Of a stretch of DNA of 64,000 nt, positions 61,460 to 64,000 are shown piece by piece; within the stretch, counting starts at the first letter, position 1, and every line of letters begins with the position of its first letter. Origin of the DNA: Alphaproteobacteria bacterium (GTDB taxonomy: Bacteria; Pseudomonadota; Alphaproteobacteria; UBA7887). The notes under the pieces are model-generated. The model was not told where the DNA came from. It saw nothing but the letters and a program-made list of their open reading frames with translations, and searched no databases. The position numbers and the translations under genes are program-made. The stretch lies in the NCBI GenBank assembly GCA_965216755.1, contig CBDCGL010000011.1:1920001-1984000 (forward strand), given 5' to 3'.

Positions 61460-62968
61460 TTAGCGTTTGGTCTCGTGATGCGACGCCACAAAATGATCGA
61501 GCAGACGGACACCAAACCCGGTTCCTCCTTGGGGAACCACATCGTTTGCTTGTTTTGACCAGGTCACGCCAGCGATGTCGATATGGGCCCATGGTGTGTC
61601 CTCGATGAACCGCTCTATGAACTTGGCCCCCGTGATAGAGCCCGCACCCCGTCCCGAGCCGACATTCTTCATATCGGCGGCCGGACTGTTAATTTGCTTG
61701 TCGTAAGCATCATCCATCGGCAGGCGCCACAAGCGTTCGCCGACCGCGTCGCCGGCGGCTACAAGCCGTTCGCTCAACGAGTCATCGTTGCAGAACAACC
61801 CGGCACGTATGTTGCCCAAGGCAACGATAATCGCACCAGTCAGGGTCGCCAAATCAACGATCAAGGACGGTTTGAATCGTTGCTGCACATACCAAAGTAC
61901 ATCTGCCAACACCAGGCGTCCCTCGGCATCCGTATTGATCACTTCAATTGTCTGACCCGACATCGAGGTTACGATATCGCCGGGTCGTTGCGCGGTGCCG
62001 GAGGGCATGTTCTCGACCAGGCCGACGATACCGACCACATTGACCTTGGCCTTGCGCCGTGCCAGCGCGCGCATCAGGCCGATCACCACACCCGATCCAC
62101 CCATGTCCCATTTCATGTCTTCCATGCCGCCAGATGGCTTGATCGATATGCCACCGGTGTCGAACGTGACGCCCTTGCCAACAAATGCCAGTGGCGCCTT
62201 GTTGCCAGCGCGGCCCGCGCCGTTCCAGCGCATGACCACGACATAGGGGTCGTGGCTACTGCCTTGGGCGACGCCAAGCAGGGCGCCCATGCCCAATTTT
62301 TCCAATCGTGCTCGGTTCAGCACCTCGACCGTCACACCGTCAGATTTCAGCGCTTTGGCCTGATCGGCGAGCGCCGCCGGATACAAGATATTGGCTGGTT
62401 CCGAGACTAAATCGCGCGTCAGGAAAACACCGTCAGCCACCGCCGATAACGGCGCGAATTCGGCGCGCGCTTTGGTCGGATCGGTGACCAAAAGTGTGAG
62501 TTTCGACAGGGTCGGTTTTTCGTCATCGGGCTGCCGCGTACGATATTTGTCGAAACGATAGCTGCGCAACTTGGCGCCCGAGGCGATGTGCGCCGCAGTG
62601 GAATTGACACTGATCGGCGAATCTTTTATCGGATCGACGCAAATGCCGGCCTGCTTGATTTTTTGTCTGGCCAGTTCCGCGCAGATGCGACCGCCGAGCC
62701 GAGTCGCGGCGGCGGCGTCAAACGATTTGGCTTCACCTAATCCGACCAAAACTACACGCTCAGCCTTAATCTCTGCGGGCGCTACAACTGTGAGGACCTC
62801 GCCGAACTTGCCGTCAAACTTGGCGCTCCTGATGGCCCGAGATAGTTGGCCGCCGGTTCGCGTGTCCAAACGTTCGCCGTTGCCGATCAATCTCGCTTTG
62901 CCGCTGACAACCCCCAAGACAACCGCACCGGTCACTGCGACAGAAAATTTGCCGAAGCTGATATTCAT
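61460..62968 (-). CDS. pepA: Cytosol leucyl aminopeptidase (M17)
   Basis: VGKGVTFDTGG, MKWDMGG, NTDAEGRL, DLATLTGA, WAHIDIAG. Confidence 0.96.
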   Translation of the reverse strand: MNISFGKFSVAVTGAVVLGVVSGKARLIGNGERLDTRTGGQLSRAIRSAKFDGKFGEVLTVVAPAEIKAERVVLVGLGEAKSFDAAAATRLGGRICAELARQKIKQAGICVDPIKDSPISVNSTAAHIASGAKLRSYRFDKYRTRQPDDEKPTLSKLTLLVTDPTKARAEFAPLSAVADGVFLTRDLVSEPANILYPAALADQAKALKSDGVTVEVLNRARLEKLGMGALLGVAQGSSHDPYVVVMRWNGAGRAGNKAPLAFVGKGVTFDTGGISIKPSGGMEDMKWDMGGSGVVIGLMRALARRKAKVNVVGIVGLVENMPSGTAQRPGDIVTSMSGQTIEVINTDAEGRLVLADVLWYVQQRFKPSLIVDLATLTGAIIVALGNIRAGLFCNDDSLSERLVAAGDAVGERLWRLPMDDAYDKQINSPAADMKNVGSGRGAGSITGAKFIERFIEDTPWAHIDIAGVTWSKQANDVVPQGGTGFGVRLLDHFVASHHETKR

Positions 62969-63225
62969 GAGTTCCCTTTCAAGCTTCCGACCAATTGGAC
63001 ACGTGCGTCCGTTGCACGTTCGCCAACGCGTGCCCACCTCCAACAGGACCTAAGCCGTTGCCGCGCGATAACGCCGTATGCGGGCTCAATAGCGATCCGC
63101 GAAACCTGGCGACTGTAGCCCAAGTTGCGTATTGGGAACATTTTTGATTAGGTTTCAATTGTTTTCGTCGCCGCGGTCAGACGCGGGATTGGTTAATCGA
63201 TGCTAATCACCCGGCCAATACGTCC

Positions 63226-64000
63226 ATGAAGCAGTTCGTCCGCTATGTCCTCGGTCAGTTGACTGGCCCATTGTTGGTTGTGATCACCAGCTTGACCGGC
63301 ATCGTATGGTTGACGCAATCCTTGCGCCTGATGGATTTGATCATCAACAAGGGCCTGAGCGTCGGCTTGTTCTTCTATTTAACCTTGTTGCTGCTGCCGT
63401 CGCTCTTGGCGGTGATTTTGCCCTTTGCTTTATTTGCCGCCGTTCTCTACGGCTATCATCGCATTGCCGTCGACAGTGAACTGACAGTTTTGCGGGCAAG
63501 CGGCATCTCGAACTTGGGGTTGGCTACGCCCGCATTGCTCTTGAGCGTCGCGGTGATGATCGTCAGTTACATACTGAATCTGTATTTGATGCCCGCAGGC
63601 TATCGCGCCTTCAAAGATTTGCAAACTCAGGTTCGCGACTCATTTGCGACGGTGATGCTGCAAGAAGGCGTGTTTAACACGCCGATCGACGGGCTCACGA
63701 TCTACGTCCGCGAACGCGCGCGCAATGGCGAGTTACACGGCATTCTGGTACACGATAGCCGTGACCCGGCGGAGACGGCGACGCTGATGGCCGAGACTGG
63801 CATGTTGGTCCGCAATGGGGAGCAGCCACGTTTCGTCCTGCAAAACGGCAACCGTCAAACAGTGGCAACGGACAAAGGTCAATTGCAGCTGCTTTATTTC
63901 GATAGCTATACGTTTCAGTTTGCGTCGGGGTCCCCAATCAATCCGAATCGATTTCGCGAGGCAAAGGAACGATACCTGCACGAGCTGTTGTTTCCGAGTG
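63226..64000 (+). CDS. lptF: LPS export ABC transporter permease LptF (runs off window edge)
   Basis: Not in the ORF track. Manual translation gives MKQFVRYVLGQLTGPLLVVITSLTGIVWLTQSLRLMDLIINKG...DSELTVLRASG...EGVFN, and the gene is divergent from pepA. Confidence 0.9.
   Translation, partial: MKQFVRYVLGQLTGPLLVVITSLTGIVWLTQSLRLMDLIINKGLSVGLFFYLTLLLLPSLLAVILPFALFAAVLYGYHRIAVDSELTVLRASGISNLGLATPALLLSVAVMIVSYILNLYLMPAGYRAFKDLQTQVRDSFATVMLQEGVFNTPIDGLTIYVRERARNGELHGILVHDSRDPAETATLMAETGMLVRNGEQPRFVLQNGNRQTVATDKGQLQLLYFDSYTFQFASGSPINPNRFREAKERYLHELLFPS

Overview
GC-rich chromosomal backbone of an alphaproteobacterium (Rhodospirillales-like by gene order and protein style; inference). It carries the usual conserved blocks: AsmA/YhdP-like (partial)/glnE/bcp/DUF455; prfB (with +1 programmed frameshift)-PBP1A-amiC/rne-aminotransferase-M48-dsbA; thiS-thiG/aroQ-accB-accC-aat/DUF2155-mlaD-NDUFA12; nrdJ with tandem NrdR boxes; aspS ... 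rnd-ppx-ppk1-SDR-hdaA-AI-2E-CDP-alcohol transferase-DUF2066/purM-purN-ndk/ABC-F/holC-pepA/lptF (partial). I saw no rRNA, tRNA, CRISPR array, integrase or transposase. Accessory material sits at three places. (1) An orphan PhnY*-like Fe/2OG dioxygenase and a spondin-domain protein lie before prfB. (2) A multi-hairpin, anti-SD-bearing candidate sRNA follows nrdJ, then a metzincin and an acyltransferase-cNMP fusion. (3) A ~8.5 kb islet between aspS and rnd holds a small lipoprotein with a perfect FNR-type box, gene remnants, a Rap1a-like protein, a predicted lanthanide-type PQQ dehydrogenase with a frameshifted cytochrome c, a perfect 29-bp inverted repeat, a large secreted alpha/beta hydrolase and gguC. 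All family assignments come from recognising motifs by eye; no database search was run. I found no clearly novel multi-gene system. The islet, the post-nrdJ RNA and the acyltransferase-cNMP fusion are the best leads.
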